A stretch of 64,000 bases of DNA from Selaginella moellendorffii (Eukaryota > Plantae > Lycopodiophyta), in NCBI RefSeq assembly GCF_000143415.4, contig NW_003314346.1, forward strand, positions 650,936 to 714,935. Direction: 5' to 3'. Position 1 is the first letter of the stretch, and every line of letters starts with the position of its first letter. The notes under the pieces are model-generated. The model saw nothing but the letters and a program-made list of their open reading frames with translations. It was not told where the DNA came from and did not search any database. Of this stretch, positions 52,801-64,000 are shown piece after piece. Position numbers and translations under genes: made by a program.

Positions 52801-54499
52801 GAGACACTACTTGGGTGGACACACTAATGTTTATATAGATAGTAACACACTGAGCTACTTTGCTACGCAGCCTAAGCTTATGCCAAAGTAGGCTCATTGG
52901 CAAGAGAAGCTTGCTAGATATGACATTGAAATCATATATGTACTTGGTAAAGACAATATTGTTCCGGATGTGTTGAGTCGTTAAGCTCAACTCCAGGCAA
53001 AGTCAGCTATCAGTTCAGACAGGTTAGAAGACGTTCGGGCTTCATATGGCAGTGATCCATTGGCGAAGGCAATCTTATGCCGTGCGGGGTTGTTGAAGCA
53101 GAGCCCTGGTAGCGAAGCAGCAAAAGTTGCTAGTCGCACTAATGCGAAGTTTGACTTCTCAGTTCGGGATGGGCTTATATTCTATAAGCAAGAAAGATTG
53201 TATCTTCCCTCTAAGGATCTGCAACAATTGTTTCTACGGGAACATCATGATGCTCTAGCAGCAGGACATGGTGGATAGCAAAAGACTCTGGCTTCATTGA
53301 AAAAGGGATTTTTCTGGTCTGGTATGGAAGGTGATGTAGTGGACTATGTTCGTTCTTGCCCTATATGCCAGCAATGTAAGTGCAGAACTAAGAAGCAGGT
53401 TGGGAAGTTGCAATGCATTCCAGCACCAGCATGGCCATTTCAGAGTGTGACACTTGATTTTGTCACTTGCTTGCCGAAGTCTAAGGGTTATGATACTTTG
53501 ATGGTGGTTGTGGATCGGTTGTCAAAAAATTCACACTTCATTCCAACTGTGGGAATAGTGAATGTGAAACAGGTAGCAAAGCTCTTTTTCCATGAAGTAA
53601 TGCGAGTTCGTGGTCTTCCAAAAGAGATGATCTCGAATATAGATTCGAGGTTTACGGGGAAGTTTTGGGGCACACTCTTCCAGTTATTCGGTACCAAATT
53701 GAAGTTTAGTACGGCTTATCATCCTCAGACTGATGGGCAGACCAAACGCGTGAATGCTCAAGTTGAGGATTATCTGCGGTACTATGTCGCGGCGGACCAA
53801 CATGACTGGGTTGAGCATTTGGATACAGTAGAAATATGTTATAACAACACATTTCATAGTGCTATAGGCTGTTCTCCATGGGAGATGCTGCAAGGGAATG
53901 CTCGTGGGGTTCTTCAACAGATCGTTGTACCGAAAGTGTTGGTCCCAGCCGTTGAAACTTATGCGGAGCAGCTATGACAAGGGTGGTCTAGAGCTACCGA
54001 GGCGATGGGCAAACCTCAGGATAGGTATCGACGTGATAAGGATCAGCATCGTCAGAATGTATCTTATCAAGTGGGAGATCAGGTGTGGCTATCTTCCCGA
54101 AACTTGACCATTAAGGGTTCTTTGTCTCGGAAGCTCTTGCCGAGATATGTTGGACCCTATCGGGTGCTAAAATGCATTGGTGATGTATCCTATCGGTTGG
54201 ATCTGCCTGCAGAGATGTCCAATGTTCATAATGTATTTCATGCCAATCTATTGGCTCCTTACACTATGGATGTTGCACGTCAAGAGGAGATTCGTCTGCC
54301 ACTAGACGTTGTGGACGGTGAACCTGAATACGAAGTGGAAACTATCTTGGATTCCCAGTTCCGGAGATGGGCTCGTGTGAAGGAATATCTAGTTAAGTGG
54401 AAAGGTTACCCAACTTGTGAATCAACTTGGGAGCCTCTTAGTAATCTTACACATGCCCGTGAGCTTGTCACAAAGTATGAGAATAGTAATAAAACATAG
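49829..54499 (+). pseudogene. pol: gag-pol of the chromovirus (gag, CCHC, PR, RT, RH, INT, group I chromodomain), disrupted
   Basis: KPPNFRG; [11 protein letters not shown]; MIDTGAT; MRMCIDY..LNK; YIDD; VTLDFV; YHPQTDGQ; EYEVETILDS...EYLVKWKGYPTCESTWEPLSNL. Multiple stops and frameshifts. Confidence 0.96.
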
Positions 54500-55706
54500 C
54501 TTTTGTAACTCTTTTAATAAATCTTGCAAATTAATAAAGTAATATAATTCTATAAATCAAAGTGTCGTTTCTCTCGTTCGTTCGTACTTGGGTCAGTTTT
54601 GGCAGGCTGACTTCAGCACTTTGGTGCATGGGTCGAATCCATAACCATGGGGATAACTATTATAGACTGATCACAAGTCTCCGCTTCTCTCTCGATGACT
54701 CACTTTTGAAAAAGGGGCATGGTCGTGTAAACAACTTAATCTGCCAGTTTATAATAGTTGTCTAAATCTTCCCGACGGGGTTGATTTCTTGCTCAGGGGA
54801 AGTTGGGCCTCTGGCCTTCTCCCTATGTCCCTGCGGGTAGGGATGTATCATTCCTTTGTAAGCCAAGTGGTACTCGGAGCAGCAAGGGTGGCTAACTCCG
54901 TTAGTCATTTCCTTGTCGGTGACAGCTGGAGGGTGTCTGAGTCTTAACGTCTTTAGATGTAGAGGAGAGGTCGTTCCATAACTCATTTAAGTCGGTGTGT
55001 TTCCCACATAGTGTGCTTTCCGTTAACTTTCGGAGTTGTTTCCTTGATGGTTTGCTAGACTCGGGTATGCATCGACAAGGATGTCGATCTTCCCCAAGGG
55101 GGGGAGAGTGTCGCAAATGTGACTTCGGGTATCGAAAGATACTTGTCGACTAGTCCTTACAGACACTCTTTCCTTACTGCCATGACGGCAGGAGATCGGT
55201 ACAGTTGGATCCCTTTAGTAGCCCCTCTTGTGCTAGTGGAGTTAACTGGGCATTTCGAGTGTACTTAGACCGGACGAGCATAAGGACGGAATTCCTACGT
55301 GCTATTAGCTAAACATACTTAGCCAGGTAAGGAGTTCCCGTCTTGTTATGTCTTGCACTGGCTAGTGACAAGAACCCTCGCGTATTGAGACTAGTCCCTC
55401 AATATCGCCGGATGATAGCTTACCGTGTCTGCCAAACCCCCTCGTTATCATGCCCTTTGGGTTAGTCTCATTTCGGTCCTAAATGCTATTTATGGAAAGT
55501 GTCTAGATTCGCTCATTTGGCATATCTCCGGAATGTAGGGGTTGTCCTGAACATAATGGTGTTCGTCCCGGGTCCAAATTCGCAATCTAGCGCCATTCCA
55601 TATTTAGTAAGTTTCGAGCTTGTCCCAGAGACTAACTCCTGGTACTAAGGGAGGCTTGGGGTGAAAGCCCAAAGCGTGTGTTCCTCAAGGGGGGGGGGCT
55701 GTGGGG

Positions 55707-55806
55707 NNNNNNNNNNNNNNNNNNNNNNNNNNNNNNNNNNNNNNNNNNNNNNNNNNNNNNNNNNNNNNNNNNNNNNNNNNNNNNNNNNNNNNNNNNNNNN
55801 NNNNNN
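55707..55806. other. Assembly gap (100 N) inside the 3' LTR after a G-run
   Basis: Run of n. Confidence 1.
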
Positions 55807-57202
55807 AGTAGGGATAGTGGTTGGAATGCATGTCTGACCACCTGAGACATTAATTTGGCTTCCACTGGGCTGTGTCATTCCTTGTTCTGCATCCGGCTTG
55901 GGTCTAAGCCCAAGCTCCATGCTGCTCTAGTCGGTGGAGTACCCTCCTCCTGCCACCGGTATGCCAAAATTGTGCCAGACTCCGTATGACACCATTTTGC
56001 GTGCAGGTGCTGGATACGGGGAGCTGGTGCTCGTGGGATTGTACCGGACCCTCGTTTCGTAGTGCAACAGGCTTGGAGTTCGGCTCCAAATTCAGGTGCG
56101 CTACATAATGCATAAAGCCAAAAGCTATCAAAGAGAACAACTAACCATCATGAAAAATCATCAATTCTCCCATCAAAAGAGAAATGCATAATCATCATTG
56201 AAGAAAGAATCTACCATCTCGAAGAATGACACATCATTCTACATCAACAAAAACCAAACAATCTTTTAATGAGAATAATCAATTATCCCAAGATGATAGT
56301 CAATTATCACCAATGATTGTTAGATGCAAATACTAACTTCAACATCAAAGCCATGAGTTAGAATGCCTTCCCTAACAACTTTTAACAAATGGACCACAAA
56401 CATAAAAACTTAAGGAACCAAAAGCTCAAAGAAACCCATATCTAAGTCTTGCCTAATAATGATAATAAGTCTTGTATAAACCAACTTCAATGCTAAAAAA
56501 TTAATTATGGTACAACCCACAATATCTTCCTCAACACATCTATAAGCCAAACTTCATAATACTAAAGCTAATGAAAAGTATATTTGCATCAATCCAAAAG
56601 CTAAGCATATTGAAGTTACACTCACCAAACGATCCTCCATGAATCCATTTATAACAAGATGTAATTCACTTCATAACAAGCATAAAAAGTATCATCAATG
56701 ATCAATACATTCTAACTCAAATTTAATAAGGATTCAAACATTCCAATATTAATCACTAATTCTTCTTCTCATAAAGCTAAAATAGTCCACGACTGAATCA
56801 CTTTTCAAGGAAAAACTAAAAATTCAACCCCAACTAAGCAATTTCATCTTGAACATAACTAACTCAACTTGCTACTTAGTTCATTTAAACATCAATATAG
56901 TTGCTAATTAGTAAATGCATGAATGCTAATAACATAAAACTACAACTAAATCATCAACACTATCTCCATCAAGACAAATGAATCTCAATATTAATCTTAT
57001 AAAGAGACATCTCATTTTATTTGAATCTCAATATCAATAATAAGGCATCACTTTTATGCCATCAACACCAGAACAAAACTAGAAGAAAGCAAGGGTGAAT
57101 CACCACCCAAAACTCTCTAACAACTAAGCTAACTAAAGTCGAAGATATTTTAATCAGTATCCAAGACCAAATCCTTCAGCAAAACTCAATTATAGATAAC
57201 AT

Positions 57203-59110
57203 TGTAAGCGACTAAATTTTCCATTCTACTTTAGTCACTTAACCACACCTCCGACCACTTAGAGGAGTCTCACTCACAACCTCCATAGGTCCTATTCTGG
57301 ACTTGGGGCTTGCTAGCCCCGAGAATGGCATCCCTGCCACTCAACCTTTACACTTGGTCTGAGTGCTCCACGTGTCCGACCCTGTGACTAATACTCAAAG
57401 GTACCACCAATATATCAGCCTGTTACACTAAGGCTATGCCCAATCACCTTTGCTACACTGGTGATCCAATACCACCTAGATCACAATCCTATCTCTCCAA
57501 GATTAGGCCATCTGTTCATGAGTGGTCATCCCAGATCCACTCCTTAGCATCCTTAGGATGTCCACAGACGTGGGGAACAACCTTCCCCAATATCCCTTTT
57601 TCAGTTCCCACCAAGTCCCTTTCTGTCCATGGCCGTGTTCACCACCACTGCCATTGGAACAAGGCCTGCAGGCCCAACTTCTAAGTCCCACTGTCCTTTG
57701 GGACTTCCTCACCATGTGACCGTAAACTTAGTCACTGCACTAAAGGATTGCTCTTCTTCCTTTTCACAGTCTGGGAATTTGGGACAACATTTTGGAACAC
57801 CGTGGCTTTACGTGAGCCTCATGGGTACTCTCCCCACCTTCTGCCTTTTGGTGCTCTAGCTATGGGGTTAGAGCAAGGTTCTGTTGAGCCACGCCAGGTA
57901 TCCAAGCAGATAGTGCCACCCACACTTGGACTAGGAGCATTAACCATTCGATCTCCTAGGGGAACTAGAGCCAACTTTTGAACATTTCACCAAGCTACCC
58001 CACTTGTCAGTCCGTATTCACTCTAGCCTTGGACTTCCTAGTGGTTATCCCATCACCCAACACTTGAGTACAGCCTTGTTGGGCCAAACTAGCATTTCCT
58101 AGCCAAACTAGCTCCACTGGAGTCCTCCCTCTACTATACTTTTGGAGCTCACAAAACCCCCTAGGGTCTAGGAGACGAATGCTTTGGGCTTTCACCCTCG
58201 GACTCAAACTCGGTCTCGGACTCGAACTCGGACTCGGACTTGGCCTCGGTCTTGGCCTCGATCTTGGTCCCGGTCCCAGTCCCGGTCTCGGTCTCGACCT
58301 TGGACTCCATCTTGAGTCCTTCTCAGACTCCATCTCGGATTCCATCTCGGGTCCATCTCAGACTCCATCTCAGATTCCATCTCAGTCCATCTCGAACTCC
58401 ATCTCGGGTCCATCTCAGACTCCATCTTGGTCCATCTCGAACTCCATCTTGGGTCCATCTTAGACTCCATCTCGGGTCAATCTTGGACTCCATCTTGGGT
58501 CCATCTCAGACTCCATCTCGGGTCCATCTCGAACTCCATCTTGGACTCTATCTCGGGTCCATCTCAATCTCCATCTCGGGTCCATCTCAGACACTTCCAT
58601 GTGTCATGTGTTAGTCCTCTTGTGTCCCTTTCTTAGAGACTCATTTATTGTTCGCTTCATGCTTGTTCCTCGAGCATTTCATTGGGAGTTCTACTCCCAC
58701 TCTTGACCTTTCAAGTCGGAGCTTTTAGTTTAAACATGTTATGCTTGTTTGGCTTTCGCTTTGGCCACTACCACGTGGCACCCTTTCGGCTCCATTTTGG
58801 GGCTTAGGGATTTATGTCTCACAACTTCACCACCCATAGACAAAGTTCGATGTCCTCATCGAACGATAAACTATTTTATAAAGTAATACCAACATGTATT
58901 ACCCTTTGCATCCTTGGCATTTAGCCAATATTCGTCAAGGGTTGGACACTGAAGACTCACCCTGCCTTGTCCATCCTCTAAGGAGTATAGTCTCTCCAAC
59001 ATAGAAACTCGATTGACCACTTGGGGTGATTCTTTCCCTTTTATTAGTTTACCTCTAGCTAAACCCATTAAAGACACCTTCTCTATCTCAATCTCACTAC
59101 TCATTCTCGA
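57203..59110 (-). mobile_element. 3' LTR (57203-58823) plus PPT and chromodomain remnant of the minisatellite-bearing family
   Basis: Homologous to 43517-45226 but without a TSD. Minus-strand purine-rich GGGTGGTGAAG precedes TGTGAGAC. IEIEKV...EFLCWRDYTP resembles a chromodomain remnant. Confidence 0.85.
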
Positions 59111-59144
59111 GTAGTCTCAACTTCTATCAATATAACCATTCCTA

Positions 59145-59725
59145 CGCGTGTGCTGCAACCATGGCATTGATCATCATGGTGTTGTGATGGGGCACCCAAC
59201 CAAAGAGGGATGCTCCTCATTGAGATTGCTGCTCCTCAGGGAGCTGGAGATGATCATGTTCAATGCTACCACAATGCACCACATGGAATCGAAGAGCATG
59301 CATCTGGCCCCGTATGGCATGGGCAGAGATCATTGACGTCCACGACACCGTGTCTCAATTAGGCATGGAATCAAACACTTTTCTAGCATCACCCACTCAA
59401 TCACTCGTAAGGTAGACTGCCAGGAGTGAGTTCCATGCGACTGTGTTGTGAGACTCCATAGAATCAAACATGATCTTTGCGTCCACGGCCAGTCCCTGCT
59501 GCACATAAGCTCTGATCATTGTACTCTAGGAGATAGTGTTTCTCTTTGGCATCACGGTGAACAGAGCTTGTGCCTTATAGATATGGCTGCAAGAACCCAT
59601 TACTGTGATCATCAAGTTGTGTCTCTAAAAGGGATTCTCTAAAACATCACAATTGTATCATCGATCCTCTATGATTGTGCCTAGGATGCTATTCCACGAG
59701 CAACAGTCCCACTTGGGCATCTCAA
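59145..59725 (-). pseudogene. PLS-class PPR fragment (tandem ~31-aa short motifs)
   Basis: KAQALFTVMPKRNTIS*STMIRAYVQQGLAVDAKIMFDSMESHNTVAWNSLLAVY...DARKVFDSMPN*DTVSWTSMISAHA. Confidence 0.88.
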
Positions 59726-59739
59726 AGAAAATAATGGCC

Positions 59740-60080
59740 AATTAGTGAAAGGGTTGGAGTTGACTTCAGTTGGCTTCGATCTTAATAGGTAATTTGTATG
59801 ATGCGATCCGAAAAGGATATTAACTTTTAGGGCTAAGGCAAATGAGTTGGATAGAGTCTAGAGTTAGTGTAGAAAAGTGGCCATTACACTTTTTTAGAAA
59901 GATGACCTTTGTGCTTTTCTTCTATAGTGTTCTACTTGGTGGCAAGTTGCACCTTGCATTTCATTAAACTCTATGAGAGTAGTGAGTTTTGTGGCCCTAT
60001 GCCTTGGCTGAGGATGGTGATGTCCAACTTAGTTGTTTGAGGTTGAAGTATTAGTATTTGTAATATAGCTTTGTCTATGA
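59740..60080 (+). mobile_element. Inverted internal fragment of the non-autonomous LTR family
   Basis: Reverse complement of ~46441-46805. Confidence 0.85.
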
Positions 60081-60323
60081 CTTGAAGAATGGGATTGCAA
60101 TTTATATTGACTTCATAGTCTTGAAATGCCATGTAAATATTAACTTCTCCCCTTGGTCGAAGCACGCTAAGAATGTTCGCTTGTAATACAGGGTGATCAT
60201 AAACTTTTGCCCTAGTGAATTCAAAGGAATGGAGGGAAATGTTTTATTTGGCTAGGGTTTAGGTCTGCGAAGAGGAAGCGTCCTACACACAGCTCGGCGG
60301 TGTTCCATGCGGTAATCTCAGCA

Positions 60324-62876
60324 ATGCTCCGGGGCCGTGAGAGCTTGATTCGGCTTGTTGGGAAGCGGCAGCGCAATGTGTCACTCCCGGCTCGGGTGAG
60401 TGATCGAGGTTCTATTTCTTCGGTGGATCTGTGATCGTTTTCCTGCAGGAGGAGTTGGAGTGTGGTGATGTTTCGCTGGAAATAAAAGGAGGCCTGAGCT
60501 TAGCTTGTTGTGACTGGGTGGAATGCCCTGTGTGTGGGAAGCAAATACGCGGGAATGAACTTCTCGTCAACTGCCATCTTGGTTTGGATTTTGCTCTGTT
60601 TTGGTTCAAGCACGCTGATCGATGGTTTCTCTTGTTCAGATACTTGCCTGCAAAGTGGGAAGAAAAAGAAGAACAGTGTCCAGCATACACTCTTTCACTT
60701 CAACTTGTCAAAAAAGATAGAGTACGAGGAAAGCGGAAACTGCGTACTAGAAATCCAACTCGCTCTTGAAGCCTGTCTAAGTTCAGAAGTCTCCTCCGCT
60801 CAAGGCAGGGTCTCCGAAACCGGAAGTTTCTTCTACTCTTGAAAGCTTTGAGGAGCCCGACGTGGCCAACAGCGTCCTTCCGGCAGAGCTCAACAGTGAA
60901 ACTAGAGATCTTTACAATGGTTGCCTGGAGGCAAGGATTGCTGGCCGCAAGTACCACAGAGACGTCGAGTGCCAAGCTGGGATGCGAGTTCACCTGGTAA
61001 GGGAACCAGAAAATCCCATGGATACATACGCTGTGAAGGTAAACTTGACTGAATGGACTGTTTCATGGCTGACAACAACGTTGCACCAGGTGCTTACGGC
61101 AGATGGGCTTTCGCTGGGACATATTCCAAAAGAGCTTTCGCGTTATTTGTCTCCTCTCATGGACAAAGGCGTGGTAGACGTTCAGGTAATAATCTCTGGG
61201 GCGTTTTTCAATTGTTCACAAAGCTTTCAGGGATATGTCTCCGAGAGTACATCGGAAGCTGCACGCCTCAAGCTTGATTTGCGTGAGATCCAGAGTCGGA
61301 CTATTGGAAGTCTCTCAGAAGAAAAAGTGCTGGCTGTCAAATGGAGCCGTCTGATGGATGCAGCTGACAAGGACAAGACCACGGCTGTCGATACCAACAG
61401 AATTTTCTCTACATGCTCCAAGTGGTATTGGAACGGGATCTCCATCTCTTTACTCCAGACGAGATCGAACTTCTCGAGGCATTTCGTTCAATCTCGTCTG
61501 ATGGACAGCACCTTTTTGTAAGATTGGCTCAACGCCGTCGCACAAACTGTGACTCAAGGGAGACAGTGGTTTTGCAGGGCCATGGTTCCGTCTTCAGAAC
61601 ATCTTCTATGAAGATATTGGTGACACAAATTCTGCAGTCCATGAGTTAGTCGGTACTCAATTTCTTTCATCGTGTACTCATAATATGTTTGCTCCCTTGT
61701 AACAGAGAGACACTACTTAGTTTTCGACGCGGACGTCAATTCGTCTGAGTTGCTTGAACATCTGACTGTACAAGAGCTCAAAGATTTGGCAGTGAACAGC
61801 AAAATCATGGTAGTTACTTCTAAGACTTTCTTCCTTGTTTTTATTTCTGTTCCTGCTTACAGATCAAAAGTGCTCCGCTAAGTTTGAAAATCCGGTTTTC
61901 AAACTTACCGGAGCACTTTTGTTCAGTAAGCAGGAACAGCTTACTACAGCAATTCGAGATGCATTGATTTCGCTGCATTTTGTAAGTAGCAAGTGATCAT
62001 TGGTTTTTTATACAAGCGTGAAATACTTGGCGGCAGTAATCTAACAGCTTTAATTCGTGAAGCAACCGGCCCGTGCATTCGAATAGCCGAAACAGTTGAA
62101 GTTCTACTTTGGCGTTTACAGGTCAGTTGACATCCTCTCCAAAGTGTTACACTGCTGATGCTGAGCAATTTATTTATTTCTTTATTTGTTTATTCAGAGG
62201 CTGTTCTTTCTAAACGGTGAGCAGGAGTTCCATGTTTTTCTTGTGGATATTGGAAGGATCAAGTATCCAAGCTATAGGTGCGCTAGAACAATGCCAGTCT
62301 TTGCTTCTCGAGAGGACTTTCTGGCGTATGAGCAGGTCCGTTCCTACTTTGTTATAAAATTTGTCTGACCGTCAAGTTTTCAGGCATTGCAATTGGCTCA
62401 GGTGGTTGACATGTCCCTGGAAGCTGGTAATTCTGAGGCTCTAAACTCCTCTTTTTGAAAAGCAAGGACTACACTCGAATTGATCAATGCACACACTGAG
62501 ATCAAGCATCCATTTTTAGCACGGTTTTCGGCTGCATGGGTGTATGCAACAATCTGTACTGTGGCTGCATCGTTTCTGGAGAAAGAACGCAGGTACGCTG
62601 TTTCACCAATGGCGGACAATAATTTTGAACAAAAACTGGCTCTTGACCAGATACACTGAAGCTGTAAACCTCTTCAAGCAGCTCCTTAGCATGCAGTATT
62701 GTCCTGGACGGAGAGGATACTGGACTCTCCGGCTATCTATTGACTTGGAGCACTTACAGCGTTTAGGAGAGAGCCTACTCGTTGCAGAAAACGGATTAAA
62801 TGATTTCAACGTCTGAGGAGGGGATCGTGTTGCTTTGCAACAGAGGGTTCTCCAACTAGGAAAACCTCCTAGAAGC
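60324..62876 (+). pseudogene. FAN1: FAN1 copy D (inverted duplicate of copy C, lacks VRR-NUC)
   Basis: ATG 60324 gives MLRGRESLIRLVGKRQR, then HIRAN and further exons colinear with 35235-32755. Frameshift at ~61370, CGA>TGA stops at ~62456 and ~62814, truncated after LGKPPR. Confidence 0.93.
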
Positions 62877-63488
62877 TCTGTTTCGTTAAAGTGGGATTTA
62901 TTCAGTAAAATGGGACTAGGTACAAATTTTCAAGTATTTAAAAATGACGTGAAATTATATGTTTTTTGTCCAGGGGCTAGACATATCTGGGGCATGGTGA
63001 CTAGCGCGATGACTTTGTGTCCAGACTGAGTCCATCTGGTTGTATAATAAATCTCATTGTCAAGGTGAACAAGCCGAATCTGAAGCTAAAGAAGAGCAAT
63101 GGCATGCGCGCACACACTATTTGTTTGTTCATTGAGCGTGTGGTGAGCTTTCCAAGATGAACGTCATTCCTATTAGCCAGACATATAACTTAATGGTGAG
63201 AACATTTAGATATTATTCAATATTATCTTTTTCTAACGAATCTAATTGTGAAGGTGTAGCAAGAGGCATTGCTAGTCTGGAGAAGTCATTTAACTCATTT
63301 GACCCTTAGTGTATTTTCATGAAACTAAATAACATTCATATTATTAAGGAATTTCTCTAGTACCTATTTTTTATGACATAGAGGCTTGCATTTCTTTCAA
63401 AGGTGATTTAGTAAAAGGCCTGAGGGCACATGCCATTCTATTTCTCAGACCGGTATTAAGATATACTAGTGCAAAGGGCCACATGCCA

Positions 63489-64000
63489 TCACGCCTCCTC
63501 TGATTCAGATTCGGATTGTTCACCTTGAAATAAAATACATTAGAAACTTAGTAAAGGAATATTAATGAATCTCACCTTGAACCCGGGTTATGAATGCTCT
63601 TGCTGCATCTCTTGCATGGTCTGGCAAGGTGATGGTGGCACTCTACTTCCGCATCCAACCATGCACAACATTATCCACCGATATGCTCATGCTGGGATCC
63701 CTAGGATTCAGCACCCATCTCTTTTCTAGGCAATCCTTCGTATATCCGGAACTTGGCTTAAACCACTGCACAGTTACATTGAAGGAGTTAGTTTCCGCGT
63801 CCTCCTCTGCATCAGTGATGCAGCGCCCCACCCATATCATTTGTTTTTTATTACTGAGTCTGACAAGCACGACCATTCCTTTGCAGACCTGTACTGGATT
63901 GAATGCTGAATCCGGCTTCTTGTTCCTCGGCCCACAATAGTGATCCTCAACATCGTTATCTGTCACTGCATTTCCAGAGGACATTGTTCCGCTACTATCT
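63489..64000 (-). pseudogene. 3' end of an unidentified gene (runs off the window), premature TAG, 52-bp terminal intron
   Basis: ORF ...GMVVLVR...IWVGRC...VTVQWFKP...WVLNPRDP...VVHGW. The frame continues past TAG 63643 to a GT-AG intron (63575-63524) and a last exon GEQSESESEEA*. Confidence 0.6.

Larger units (their letters stand above)
41815..56105 (+). mobile_element. Chromovirus (Ty3/gypsy with chromodomain), formerly autonomous
   Basis: TSD TAATG (41810-41814, 56106-56110). 5' LTR 41815-42157 (internally deleted), iMet PBS TGGTATCAGAG 42160-42170, PPT before 55109, 3' LTR 55109-56105. Confidence 0.93.
39790..57202 (-). mobile_element. Outer non-autonomous LTR element (own sequence 39790-41814 + 56111-57202; host of the nest; 5' part lost)
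   Basis: 3' LTR 39790-40903 with PPT (CTCTCCCCCCCTT on +). The internal sequence either side of the TAATG TSD joins seamlessly when compared with 43060-43130. Confidence 0.85.

Noticed and set aside
55109-55700. Hammerhead ribozyme or 5S-derived (retrozyme/Cassandra) motif in the LTRs
   Set aside because: No CUGANGA...GAAA core with matching stems and no 5S box sequence could be found by eye.
48667-56105. A DIRS-like element with inverted terminal repeats around gag-pol
   Set aside because: Explained by nesting, since TSDs assign the two LTRs to different elements. The element has a DDE integrase, not a tyrosine recombinase.
63060-63528. MITE with ~50-bp TIRs
   Set aside because: No TSD found, and the inverted repeat coincides with a splice acceptor and terminal exon of the adjacent gene.

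Overview
Eukaryotic land-plant genomic DNA, most likely a lycophyte such as Selaginella. This is an inference from the ~52-bp introns and the tandem short-motif PLS-type PPR repeats. More than half of the window is Ty3/gypsy LTR retrotransposon sequence: (i) a full-length non-chromovirus element (264-9208; 425-bp LTRs, TSD GTACA, tRNA-Arg PBS) with a decayed extra ~530-codon ORF upstream of gag that carries a twin C4 cysteine motif; (ii) an older short-LTR element inside a (TA)n/(CA)n microsatellite (22223-26559); (iii) a four-level nest at 39.8-60 kb made of a chromovirus, two non-autonomous relatives sharing its composite two-PPT LTR, and LTRs of a further family containing a 12-bp minisatellite. 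The genic part is a repeatedly duplicated and decaying block of F-box/kelch, PPR, FAN1 nuclease and GH19 chitinase genes. It holds four FAN1 copies (none intact, two forming a 2.7-kb inverted duplication) and four F-box/kelch copies (one intact). Also present are an intact intronless GRAS gene whose start lies in a 38-bp tandem repeat that creates chained uORFs, a decayed Crinkler/fungal-type kinase, a GDSL lipase pseudogene, and a 44-bp-stem fold-back hairpin found only in one FAN1 copy. No rRNA, tRNA or CRISPR features are supported. All alignments and counts were made by eye.
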